From sequence record MK268344.1: a stretch of DNA of 64,000 nucleotides; one strand, written 5' to 3'. The notes beneath the pieces were generated by a model that worked only from the letters and a program-made list of their open reading frames with translations, searched no databases and was not told the DNA's origin. Below, one piece after another: positions 48,943 through 58,020 of the stretch (position 1 is its first letter; each line of letters starts with the position of its first letter). Position numbers and translations under genes: made by a program.

Positions 48943-51277
48943 TGCTTGCGGTTCCTTCATCATCATCGGTTAATTGGTCACGTCTACGTAGAGAACGTAT
49001 TACTAATCCACCAGTTAATTGTTGTGTAAATGAACCATTTGGCCCGAAATCACTAACAACTTTGTTTACACGGTAGATAGTTTGTGAAAATATTGTTGGA
49101 GTATCATAATCTAAGATACCAGTTTTATCACTAATCGAAACAACAGGTTTGATATTCAAAAGTAAGTACGCTTCGCTGTTAATCCAGTTAGCAAAGTGAA
49201 TGTCAGTAGTATCTATTTCCATATCTTCACCAGCAACTGCTTTTTTGAGATAATTCATGTAAGAAATGTCACTCCATCCTAGCCAAAATGGGTCACCTAT
49301 TACTTTCATGTCTAATTTACTCAAGAAAGTACGGTTGTAGTAGTTATCACGCATCAAGCGGCGATCCATTTCGTAACTACCACTGTTATCATTAGCCGAA
49401 CCTGATGTTGCAGTCTTTATGTTTTCTGGTTCTACAGGAACCGCATCAATTGTGCCATTTTTACCACCAATACCTTCAGTACCAGCGTATGTCATATCAT
49501 ATTCATTACGATAATCTTCAATGTATTGTGGGCCAGCACTTTGATAGCCAAACAATTCGTTTTGTTCATCTTCTTGGCCTACTTTCATTTGTTGTGATGC
49601 TACGGCTTCAGAATCACGAATGAAACGTTCTTCTTCTTCTGTTAGAACACGGCCTTTACTTTGTTCATCTTTTAAGTCTTGTGATTTACTCCACATATCC
49701 TGTACGTTAGTGCGGATAGATGTATCATACACGGTATCACCCAATTGAATGTACTCAGCAGCGTGAGTACCAGTGCGGTTTTCAATATCACGTTGTGTAT
49801 CAGGGTTACGAGTAACAGCTACGTTAAATCCTTGATCGAATTTAAGCTCTAATTGAAGTATTTCGGTGTTTAGACCAGTAAATTGATAGTCATAGCGTTT
49901 GATATTCAATTTAGGCTCATTGTTTCCGGGTTCAGCATACTTTTCAGCATTCTCGAAGAAGTATTCAAAGTTGAATTTGTCATGTTTTAGGTCTTCTTCA
50001 CTAACAACATCACCAATATTATATTTTACAATATAAAAATGGTTCTTATAGGCCAAATTAGCCCTGATTGGGTCATAACCAACATATTTCTGTACTGGAA
50101 TGATGTTGACAAACTGGCGACGACGATCAGTACTGGATTGAATTGGTATACAACAGTCCAATACATCATCAAACGCACGAGAAACCGGAACATCAGCACC
50201 CCATGAGAAGTTTTTAGCACCATCAGAGCCGTTTACTGTGTTTCCGACTTCTTTTGATTGTTTCATATCATAGTTAATAGACATTCCAGCTAATTCATCT
50301 GGAACGTGAATCTCATAATACAATCCATTTGCAAATTCATCATACCTGTACTGCAAATATCCGTATTGTTTTTGAGCCATTTGATTAAGTTTATCTTGGA
50401 TTTGTTGAACAAAGTCACCAAAGGTTGCTGAAGTGCAAGTATAAGGTTCTTTCAACATCCAGTCTTTGTTATCAACCAATCCAGCACGTGCACGTGTCAT
50501 TTGTAGGTCATACATCATAGTACCACCGCTATCGGATGCTCGTGCTTTAATAGTATTAATACGAACCGCCCATTTTCTGTTTAAACCGGGGATTCGTTCT
50601 GGCTTACCAGTAATTGGATGGAAACCAATAAAGTCCATTTCCATTATTAATGGTAAGTCCATAAATTTATTATAACCTAAGTTATTTGCCAAAACAACAA
50701 GGTCGTTGAATAAACTCATACCATTGTTTTCAGAAATCGACATAACACAGTTGTTAAATGAGAAGTTAGATGTTAGTCCGGGAGAAGCAGGGCCAGCAGT
50801 AGTGATTTGGACACTATCAATGCTGAAACGTCCTGTTACACCACTTTCGGCAATGACGTTTCTTGTCACTTCGGTGTCTGGGTTATCCCAAAATAATTTA
50901 TATTCTGGTGAACTTAAAGCAAATAAAGTAAAGTGATACGTGTAATTATCATATTTTAATAGAACGTTATCATATGGTACAACGAAATCATTTAAGTTTG
51001 CGTCTGAATAAACACCTTCAGCACTGTTCCAGTTTTTTGGGCGTTCTCCTGTGACTTTAGCTTTATATGGGTTGGCTGAATTTGGATTCATTCCGGGAAC
51101 CACACCTTCCCCAACTTCTTTTGCTTTGTTTACATCAGAGATATTAACCACTGTTTCCTGTTTAGTACTTTCTGCTGCTTGTGCCGCCTTGTATGTTAGT
51201 TCATTTGCTTGAGCACCCAATCCAGATGTTAGATCATTAAGAGTATTTGATGCTGCATTTGAAATCGTATTTGCCAC
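48935..51277 (-). CDS. Baseplate hub protein (gp27/gp44-like)
   Basis: YDNYTYHFTLF, MKVIGDPFWL, and IYRVNKVVSDF..GSFTQQL motifs; lies between gp53-like and gp5-like; GTG start with GGAGG RBS. Confidence 0.55.
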   Translation of the reverse strand: MANTISNAASNTLNDLTSGLGAQANELTYKAAQAAESTKQETVVNISDVNKAKEVGEGVVPGMNPNSANPYKAKVTGERPKNWNSAEGVYSDANLNDFVVPYDNVLLKYDNYTYHFTLFALSSPEYKLFWDNPDTEVTRNVIAESGVTGRFSIDSVQITTAGPASPGLTSNFSFNNCVMSISENNGMSLFNDLVVLANNLGYNKFMDLPLIMEMDFIGFHPITGKPERIPGLNRKWAVRINTIKARASDSGGTMMYDLQMTRARAGLVDNKDWMLKEPYTCTSATFGDFVQQIQDKLNQMAQKQYGYLQYRYDEFANGLYYEIHVPDELAGMSINYDMKQSKEVGNTVNGSDGAKNFSWGADVPVSRAFDDVLDCCIPIQSSTDRRRQFVNIIPVQKYVGYDPIRANLAYKNHFYIVKYNIGDVVSEEDLKHDKFNFEYFFENAEKYAEPGNNEPKLNIKRYDYQFTGLNTEILQLELKFDQGFNVAVTRNPDTQRDIENRTGTHAAEYIQLGDTVYDTSIRTNVQDMWSKSQDLKDEQSKGRVLTEEEERFIRDSEAVASQQMKVGQEDEQNELFGYQSAGPQYIEDYRNEYDMTYAGTEGIGGKNGTIDAVPVEPENIKTATSGSANDNSGSYEMDRRLMRDNYYNRTFLSKLDMKVIGDPFWLGWSDISYMNYLKKAVAGEDMEIDTTDIHFANWINSEAYLLLNIKPVVSISDKTGILDYDTPTIFSQTIYRVNKVVSDFGPNGSFTQQLTGGLVIRSLRRRDQLTDDDEGTASNG

Positions 51278-51289
51278 AAAAACCTCCTA

Positions 51290-51604
51290 TTATTTGACTC
51301 TACGTGGACTACTTAAGTAGGTTTGAATTCGTTGCAATGAAGGAATTCGAATTACTGTTCCTGCTTTAAAATCGTATATTGGGTCTACTAAAATATTTGG
51401 ATTTAGTAGAGCAAAAACGTAATATAAACGCTCATTACCATATAATTCATAAGATAAACGCCAAGGTTGTTCATCATACTTGGTTGGAATTGTATAATTA
51501 ATATCGGAATCAGCAGGTACAATTCCGATTGGTAAGTTGTATGCTAAGTACCATGTCTGACGTACTTTTGCATACGGAGAGTACTGACTATATGTAGAAG
51601 CCAT
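51290..51604 (-). CDS. gp53: Baseplate wedge subunit (T4 gp53-like / LysM-like)
   Basis: PWRLSYELYGNERLYYVF...DFKAGTVIRIP. Confidence 0.7.
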   Translation of the reverse strand: MASTYSQYSPYAKVRQTWYLAYNLPIGIVPADSDINYTIPTKYDEQPWRLSYELYGNERLYYVFALLNPNILVDPIYDFKAGTVIRIPSLQRIQTYLSSPRRVK

Positions 51605-52335
51605 TAAATGAATCCTCCTTTTCTCATTAATGCACCACGTTTAAACGCATTCAAATTGAATTCCTTCGTCATATAATCAGACGTTGGTTGTTCTTCAAGT
51701 TGAATTGTTACTGGTAGTTTTTGTGGAATCCAAACTTCATTCTCTTTGTTCATTAAACCACGTGCTCTTAGGTTATTAAAGAATGCACGAGAATCTTTAT
51801 CGGTTATATTGAACTTAGCTGTAATAGAATCCACTGGTACTTGAATGTATGGTACATCATTTTGGAAACTAAAGTTATAGGATTTGATAATAACTGGAAT
51901 GTCATTATACATATATCGTCCGTAACCACTAAACAATAGAATTGGTGGTGGAGCACCAACAACCGCAACATTTGGGTTGTTCGCTACTGCTGCTTGACGA
52001 CCAAAGTCCATTAGAGAAGATGCACGGATGAAGTTCATACATGCTAAGGTATACATCGCTTCAGTTGCAGTGCTGGAGTAGAAATCTCCTTGTACTGAAA
52101 TAATGGCGTTAGATGTATTTTTGTAGTTGTTGTAGTTACTGTTACTATGCATTGTTTGTTGTGTTTCATAGCTTACAGAACGTTGTTCGCTAATAGTAGG
52201 TGTATAGTTCCAGACCATCCCATTAGTACTGCGAAGTATAGAGAGTAGTGTTGGCTTACTTAAGTTGCCACTATCACCGTATACGTAATTTTGAGCCGCT
52301 GGGCGTGGTCTCAATCTGATTCGACGGTCTATCAT
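51604..52335 (-). CDS. Baseplate/tube-related protein
   Basis: FSGYGRYMYNDIPVIIKSY; TAATG-coupled to gp53-like; perfect late promoter upstream. Confidence 0.5.
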   Translation of the reverse strand: MIDRRIRLRPRPAAQNYVYGDSGNLSKPTLLSILRSTNGMVWNYTPTISEQRSVSYETQQTMHSNSNYNNYKNTSNAIISVQGDFYSSTATEAMYTLACMNFIRASSLMDFGRQAAVANNPNVAVVGAPPPILLFSGYGRYMYNDIPVIIKSYNFSFQNDVPYIQVPVDSITAKFNITDKDSRAFFNNLRARGLMNKENEVWIPQKLPVTIQLEEQPTSDYMTKEFNLNAFKRGALMRKGGFI

Positions 52336-52364
52336 AAAAATTCTCCATAAAAAGACTTATAATA

Positions 52365-52372
52365 TATTTATA
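52365..52372 (-). promoter_or_regulatory. T4-type late promoter TATAAATA (baseplate operon)
   Basis: Exact T4 late consensus 30 nt upstream of the ATG at 52335. Confidence 0.7.
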
Positions 52373-52375
52373 AAT

Positions 52376-52405
52376 TTGGGACAAACTGGAAAAATGTGAT
52401 ATAAT
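52376..52405 (+). promoter_or_regulatory. Phage-specific promoter motif, copy 4
   Basis: TTGGGACAAA-N9-TGTGATATAAT upstream of the gp55-like gene. Confidence 0.8.
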
Positions 52406-52456
52406 AGTGAGGTGGGACACGGATCGTCTCATGAAATTTACATGGAGTGTTACAAT

Positions 52457-53302
52457 ATGATAACTAAACCGAAGCGTAAGAAGTACTTGAATAACGCTGA
52501 CTTACTAAGAGAGATACATCTCAGTAAAATGTCGTACTGCTGGCTTATTGATGAGTGCTACAGTATGTATGATTATATCGTTTTTGATGTGGAAGAGATT
52601 GATGAGGAACTACTAGAAAAAGCTAGTGCCGCACGAATCAAACGTCTAAACAATGAAACAGTGGAAGAGATTAGGGCAAAAGAAGGGCTATCAGCGAAGA
52701 AAGCCAAAGAAGCTGCTGATGCACGTGGTCTTATCCTTACATCCGTTCCCATTGATGAAGTTGTTATACGGGTCATCACCGATGAGCATATCCCGGAAGA
52801 AAAAGGCGTCAAAATTCGTGTCAACTTCGAACCCTTCAAACATTACATCGTAGACGAAGATTCCACGTTATATGAAGTTGCTCGTTCTCACTGGATCGGT
52901 GATACCGATAGCGGTGAATTCTGTATGACACACGGACGAATGACTAATGAACTTGGAAAGATGTTCATCAAACTTGCAGAAGAAATATCCCATAAAACTA
53001 ACTACCGAAATTATACGTACTTAGATGAAATGATGGGTGATGCAAGAATCCAACTAGTTAAAAATGCTTTACTCTTTAAAGAAAGTATTTTATACAAAAA
53101 AGATAAACCTGCCGTTCAACTAAATCCTTTTTCTTACTATACATCATTTGTTAATAACGCATTCCGTTCAGTACTAAACACTGAAAAGAATGTACGCAAT
53201 ATTCGTGATGACTTACTCGAATTAAACGGGTTTACACCAAGTCATACACGACAAATTGAAATTGAAATGAAAATGATGGAAGGTAAAAATGGCTCTATTT
53301 GA
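52457..53302 (+). CDS. gp55: Late transcription sigma factor (T4 gp55-like)
   Basis: KYLNNADLL, NYRNYTYLDEM, and NPFSYYTSFVNNAF motifs; directly upstream of gp47/gp46 as in T4-like phages. GGAG RBS favours ATG 52457. Confidence 0.8.
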   Translation: MITKPKRKKYLNNADLLREIHLSKMSYCWLIDECYSMYDYIVFDVEEIDEELLEKASAARIKRLNNETVEEIRAKEGLSAKKAKEAADARGLILTSVPIDEVVIRVITDEHIPEEKGVKIRVNFEPFKHYIVDEDSTLYEVARSHWIGDTDSGEFCMTHGRMTNELGKMFIKLAEEISHKTNYRNYTYLDEMMGDARIQLVKNALLFKESILYKKDKPAVQLNPFSYYTSFVNNAFRSVLNTEKNVRNIRDDLLELNGFTPSHTRQIEIEMKMMEGKNGSI

Positions 53303-54320
53303 TAAAGCAGTAACTTTTACTGATATTCATCTAGGATTGAAGAATAATAGTAAAGAACATAATATAGATTGCGTTAACTTCATAAAATTTATGATCAATG
53401 AAGCCAAAGAACGTGATATTAAAGTTTGCATTTTTATGGGAGACTTTTTCCATAATAGAAGTAATGTCAATATTAGTACACTAAACTACGGTTTAGAAAT
53501 AATGAACTTACTAAATGACAACTTCGAACAAACATACTTTCTAGTAGGCAACCATGATATGTATCACAAGAATAAACGTGATATTACAAGTATTAACATG
53601 GCAAAGTCATTTGCAAATATCAATTTTATTAACAAAATGACAACAATCGATGATTGTACTTTCATCCCTTTTATGATAGACGATGAGTACTTGCAATTAC
53701 CGAAACTAACCAGCAAATATGTTTTTGGTCACCTCGAATTACCCGGTTACCTATTAAACAAAATGGTTGAAATGCCAAATCATGGTAAAGAAACACAAGA
53801 ATCTTTCAATGGCTGTGAATATGTCTTTAGTGGTCACTTCCACAAACGACAATCAAAAATCACACCAACTGGTACACGAATTATCTATACTGGTAACTGT
53901 TTCCCACATAACTTCTCAGATACATGGGATGATGCACGTGGTATCATGTTTTTAGAACATAACAAAGAACCACAATTCAAAGCATGGGATAATGCACCAA
54001 AGTATAGAACTTTCACTCTTTCGGAAATGCTAAATGAACCGTCATACTACATTCAAGATAATGTAATTGCTAAAGTTCAAATAGATATTCCAGTAACAAT
54101 GAATGAAATTGGCTACATTCGTGAAGTATTCAGTAAGCTATACAATATTCGTGAATTCAATATTGTGAATAGTAAGAAAGCTCTACAAGAAAGTTTAGAA
54201 TATGGTGAAGTGGAAACTTCCACGGAATCAGTAGATGAAATTGTACTAAAACAAATTCAAGAGATCGATTCACCTATGTTTGACAAAAATCTACTAATGC
54301 AAATTTATACATCACTTTAA
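53289..54320 (+). CDS. gp47: Recombination nuclease, Mre11/SbcD-like
   Basis: Phosphoesterase motifs FTDIH, GDFFH, GNHD, FGH and SGHFH. Confidence 0.92.
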   Translation: MALFDKAVTFTDIHLGLKNNSKEHNIDCVNFIKFMINEAKERDIKVCIFMGDFFHNRSNVNISTLNYGLEIMNLLNDNFEQTYFLVGNHDMYHKNKRDITSINMAKSFANINFINKMTTIDDCTFIPFMIDDEYLQLPKLTSKYVFGHLELPGYLLNKMVEMPNHGKETQESFNGCEYVFSGHFHKRQSKITPTGTRIIYTGNCFPHNFSDTWDDARGIMFLEHNKEPQFKAWDNAPKYRTFTLSEMLNEPSYYIQDNVIAKVQIDIPVTMNEIGYIREVFSKLYNIREFNIVNSKKALQESLEYGEVETSTESVDEIVLKQIQEIDSPMFDKNLLMQIYTSL

Positions 54321-54331
54321 TGGAGTAAAGA

Positions 54332-56488
54332 ATGTTAACCATCAAAAAAATAACAATGAGAAACTTCTTCTCATTCGGGAATGCCCCACAAGAACTTGAA
54401 TTTCAAGGTAAAGATATCTCACTTGTACTAGGACAGAATAACGATGTTGTAGTTGATGGTGGTGATAGTACTGGTAGACGCAACGGTGTTGGTAAATCAG
54501 CACTTATTCAAGGTCTTGTATTTGGTTTGTATGGTAAAAGCATTGGTAATGATATCAAAATACCTAACCTAGTAAACAAAATTAATACCAAATACTGTGA
54601 AGTTACGGTAGAATTTGAAAAGAACGGTGTTGAGTATAGAATTGAACGTGGGAGAAGTCCCACGTATTTTAATTTTCTTACACTAAAGGATGGAGTTGTC
54701 ATAGAAGATGATTCCAGAGGTGAAAAGAAAGATACTCAAGAAGAACTAAATGAAATTCTAGGTATTTCTCAAACTCTTTTCGAACATATTGTAGTATTAA
54801 ATGCTAACGTAGACCCTTTCCTATCACTAAGTGCACAAAAACAACGTGATATGATTGAAGAACTACTTGGTATTACACAATTGACAGAAAAAGCTGAACT
54901 TCTAAAGGATATGCAAAAGGATTCTAAGAAATTAGCAGAGCAAGAGAAGTTTAAAATCGATACATTACTTGCATCCAACGAAAGAATCCAAAAAAGTATT
55001 GAGAATCTTCAAGTACAAGCAAATACATTTGAAACTAATAAGCAAAATAAGATTGATAGTCTTAAAACACAGCTTAATGAGTTTGATTTTGCAGATAAAT
55101 TTGGGTTTGAACCACTCTATGAGAGTGCTAAAGAAATGGAAGATGCAATTGAACATAATAACAAGCGTTCTGTACTAGAAAATCGTTTGAATAGTCTAAT
55201 GCAAAAGCGTGAACAATATGATCAACAACTATCAACAAACAAAAGCCTAATTCTACAGAAGATTAATGAGCTAAAAGCCATTGATATTGAAGCTGAGTTG
55301 AAACAACACGACGAACTAGAAATGTGGCATCAGTTAGAAGATATTCTAAAGACCAATATGAATACTAAGATGTTCAAAGAGCAGTCTATAAGACAAAGTA
55401 AGTCTGAATTGGAACGTCTCAAAAACTCATTGACGAAAGAAAATGAGAAATTGTCCACAATTGAAGATAGTAAGTGTCCAATGTGTAATAGTACTTTAGA
55501 AAATGACCATAATCATTCAGAAATGGTCTCTAAAATTAATAACACAATTGAAGAACTAACTTCACAGATTTTACAGGCCGAATATAAGATTTCTACAACA
55601 CTAGAAGAGATTGATGAACTCGAAATATTCGAAATGCCACCAAAACCTACCACTAAATATGCGACTCAAGCAGAAGCTAAACTTCACGAGCATAAACTAT
55701 CTGAATATTTGAAAAAGTATGAAGAAGATGAAGTGAATATCTATGATGATGAGCTAGTCAGTACTTATACTGAATTGGAAGGTATGGAGTTAAAAGAGTA
55801 TGATGTAGTATTCAGTACTCAAGAAGTACAACAACTTGAAATGACATACAAATCATTAAAAGAACAATTGGTACGTGAAGAATCTAATGATAACCCATAT
55901 ATTACACAAATAGAGACGTTAAAGACGGATTCTCTACAAGTGGTGGACTATAATCAATATAATGAGTTAGAAAAACTATCAACTCACCAAGATTTCCTAG
56001 TAAAACTACTACTTAATAAAGATTCTTATGTCCGTAAACGTATCATTGAGCAAAATATCTCGTATCTTAACAACAGATTGCAATTTTACATTGAGCAATG
56101 TGACTCGGAGCACTTTGTGAAGTTCATGAATGACCTAAGCGTGGAGATTACACTCAATGATCAGTCCTATGACTACAAACAATTGTCTCGTGGTGAGCGT
56201 ACACGTGTAAACGTGGCCTTGTCATTGGCATTTAGGGACACCTATGAGTCATTATATCAAGGAATAAACCTAATTATGATTGATGAGATGATTGATGTGG
56301 GTCTAGATCCATCTGGTGTATACCGTATGTGGACTATTTTCTCGGATTTAGCAGTAATTCAACGTAAAAACGTGTTTGTTATTTCCCACAAAGAAGAACT
56401 ACTCAGTAAAACAGACAATATTCTTAAGATTGTCAAAGAAGATGGTTTTAGTACTATCGAATTAGTGTCACTCGATGACGTTTATTAA
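54332..56488 (+). CDS. gp46: Recombination ATPase, Rad50/SbcC-like
   Basis: Walker A NGVGKS, Zn-hook CPMC, signature LSRGE, Walker B IMIDE, and VISH. Confidence 0.92.
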   Translation: MLTIKKITMRNFFSFGNAPQELEFQGKDISLVLGQNNDVVVDGGDSTGRRNGVGKSALIQGLVFGLYGKSIGNDIKIPNLVNKINTKYCEVTVEFEKNGVEYRIERGRSPTYFNFLTLKDGVVIEDDSRGEKKDTQEELNEILGISQTLFEHIVVLNANVDPFLSLSAQKQRDMIEELLGITQLTEKAELLKDMQKDSKKLAEQEKFKIDTLLASNERIQKSIENLQVQANTFETNKQNKIDSLKTQLNEFDFADKFGFEPLYESAKEMEDAIEHNNKRSVLENRLNSLMQKREQYDQQLSTNKSLILQKINELKAIDIEAELKQHDELEMWHQLEDILKTNMNTKMFKEQSIRQSKSELERLKNSLTKENEKLSTIEDSKCPMCNSTLENDHNHSEMVSKINNTIEELTSQILQAEYKISTTLEEIDELEIFEMPPKPTTKYATQAEAKLHEHKLSEYLKKYEEDEVNIYDDELVSTYTELEGMELKEYDVVFSTQEVQQLEMTYKSLKEQLVREESNDNPYITQIETLKTDSLQVVDYNQYNELEKLSTHQDFLVKLLLNKDSYVRKRIIEQNISYLNNRLQFYIEQCDSEHFVKFMNDLSVEITLNDQSYDYKQLSRGERTRVNVALSLAFRDTYESLYQGINLIMIDEMIDVGLDPSGVYRMWTIFSDLAVIQRKNVFVISHKEELLSKTDNILKIVKEDGFSTIELVSLDDVY

Positions 56489-56492
56489 CACT

Positions 56493-56517
56493 AAAGGGAG
56501 CTATTAGCTCCCTTTTT
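56493..56517. terminator. Bidirectional terminator overlapping the endonuclease VII stop codon
   Basis: aaagggagct-att-agctcccttt. Confidence 0.8.
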
Positions 56518-56995
56518 TTATATTAAGCATTTTTAACTCACCAGATTTAATAAGTTTTCTGGCCTGATTACATCTTTTTTTAACATTACTCTCAGGAATA
56601 ATATTAAAAGATTCTAAAATTTCACATTGTTGCTTTGCTGGTAAATTTTTAAACTTTTTAACATCAACTGATAATGCAGTGTGGTGAATAACTTGTTCAC
56701 TTTCTGGTATATTATCATTTGATTCAATGTAGTCTGCTAAATTTCTCAGTACTTCATAAATTGGTTTATCAGTAAGATGACCCAAACAACGTTTAAAACT
56801 ATTGACCACACGACCTTCCCACCCATTGACCTCATTTTGTAAAACTTGACGACAATGTTGATTGCCCCCATGATAGTGATCAAGAACGGGTTTAGTAATT
56901 TTGATACCAATAATAGGATCTATGTGTTTTTGTAATTTTAAAAGCTCATTTCGGTAATTAGCTGCATCCTTACTGTCTTTCAATCGTCTTTTCAT
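56504..56995 (-). CDS. gp49: Endonuclease VII-like Holliday junction resolvase
   Basis: VLDHYH...VLQNEVNGWEG matches the DH-x-H and N-x-x-E-G core; L.NLADY follows. Confidence 0.7.
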   Translation of the reverse strand: MKRRLKDSKDAANYRNELLKLQKHIDPIIGIKITKPVLDHYHGGNQHCRQVLQNEVNGWEGRVVNSFKRCLGHLTDKPIYEVLRNLADYIESNDNIPESEQVIHHTALSVDVKKFKNLPAKQQCEILESFNIIPESNVKKRCNQARKLIKSGELKMLNIKKGS

Positions 56996-57003
56996 ATATA
57001 CCT

Positions 57004-57011
57004 TATAAATA
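57004..57011 (+). promoter_or_regulatory. T4-type late promoter TATAAATA
   Basis: Exact consensus 40 nt upstream of the endonuclease ATG. Confidence 0.6.
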
Positions 57012-57051
57012 TCTTAGTATGAAATCAATAAAATAGATTTACAAGGTATTT

Positions 57052-58008
57052 ATGATGAAAACTAAAACTCAAAACTTTATAGAAAAATCACAAAAGATAC
57101 ATGGGAGATTATATGACTATACCAAAGTTGTTTATGAAAATGCTAAAAGTAAAGTATTGATAGGATGCAAAAAACACGGATATTATTATATAACACCCAA
57201 TAAACATTTAAATGGGGCGGGTTGTCAGTCTTGTTCAAAAGAAAATAGAGTTAAATTGAAGACTAAATCTAAAAAAGATTTCGTAAATGATGCCAACATA
57301 AAACATGAACAAAAATATGATTACAGTTTAGTATCTGAAAATATTAAAAGAAGTGATCGTGTTGAGATAATTTGTGCCAAACATGGAATATTTGAACAAA
57401 CTGCACAAAATCATTTACAAGGTCAAGGTTGTCCACAATGTGGTTTAAAAACGAGAATTTCTAAACGAACTTTAAGTTCTGAAGAATTTATAAATCGTGC
57501 ATCATCATTACATGACAATTTTTATGATTATTCAAAAACAATATATACTGGAATGTATAATGAAATAGAAGTTATATGTCCAAATCATGGGAATTATCAT
57601 ATTCTTCCAGTAAAGCACTTACATCGTAAACAAGGTTGTCCAGAATGTTCGAAAGTAATGACTAAATCAAAAGCCGTAATTGAAATTTGTAAGTTTTTTG
57701 ATTCTAATGGGATACGCTACATTGAAGAATATAAAATCAACGAATGTAGAAATATTCACCCGTTGCCTTTTGATTTTTATCTAATAGATTATGATATACT
57801 TATTGAATATGATGGAATACAACATTTTAAACCTATAGAATATTTTGGTGGACAACAAGGATTAGATGAACAGCAATATAATGATAATATAAAAAATGAA
57901 TATTGTAAAAGTACAGATAAGATTCTACTTAGAATAAGGTATGATGAAAACTATCTTGAAAAAATAAAAGAGTTTCTTGATTCTTGGGACAAACAGCAAA
58001 AAGTGTGA
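57052..58008 (+). CDS. Free-standing putative homing endonuclease: 3 Zn-ribbon repeats (DUF723-like) plus PD-(D/E)xK / DUF559-like nuclease
   Basis: Three copies of H..YDY..V.Y...V.I.C.KHG.F...HL.G.GC..C; C-terminal LPFDFYL...IEYDGIQHF; AT-rich. Confidence 0.75.
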   Translation: MMKTKTQNFIEKSQKIHGRLYDYTKVVYENAKSKVLIGCKKHGYYYITPNKHLNGAGCQSCSKENRVKLKTKSKKDFVNDANIKHEQKYDYSLVSENIKRSDRVEIICAKHGIFEQTAQNHLQGQGCPQCGLKTRISKRTLSSEEFINRASSLHDNFYDYSKTIYTGMYNEIEVICPNHGNYHILPVKHLHRKQGCPECSKVMTKSKAVIEICKFFDSNGIRYIEEYKINECRNIHPLPFDFYLIDYDILIEYDGIQHFKPIEYFGGQQGLDEQQYNDNIKNEYCKSTDKILLRIRYDENYLEKIKEFLDSWDKQQKV

Positions 58009-58014
58009 TATAAT
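57984..58014 (+). promoter_or_regulatory. Phage-specific promoter motif, copy 5 (no downstream gene)
   Basis: TTGGGACAAA-N10-TGTGATATAAT; overlaps the end of the endonuclease gene. Confidence 0.8.
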
Positions 58015-58020
58015 ATAGAT

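Noticed and set aside
54332-56488. LSRGE instead of the canonical LSGG ABC signature in gp46
   Set aside because: Signature variation is common in phage Rad50/SbcC homologues and all other motifs are intact; not evidence of inactivation.
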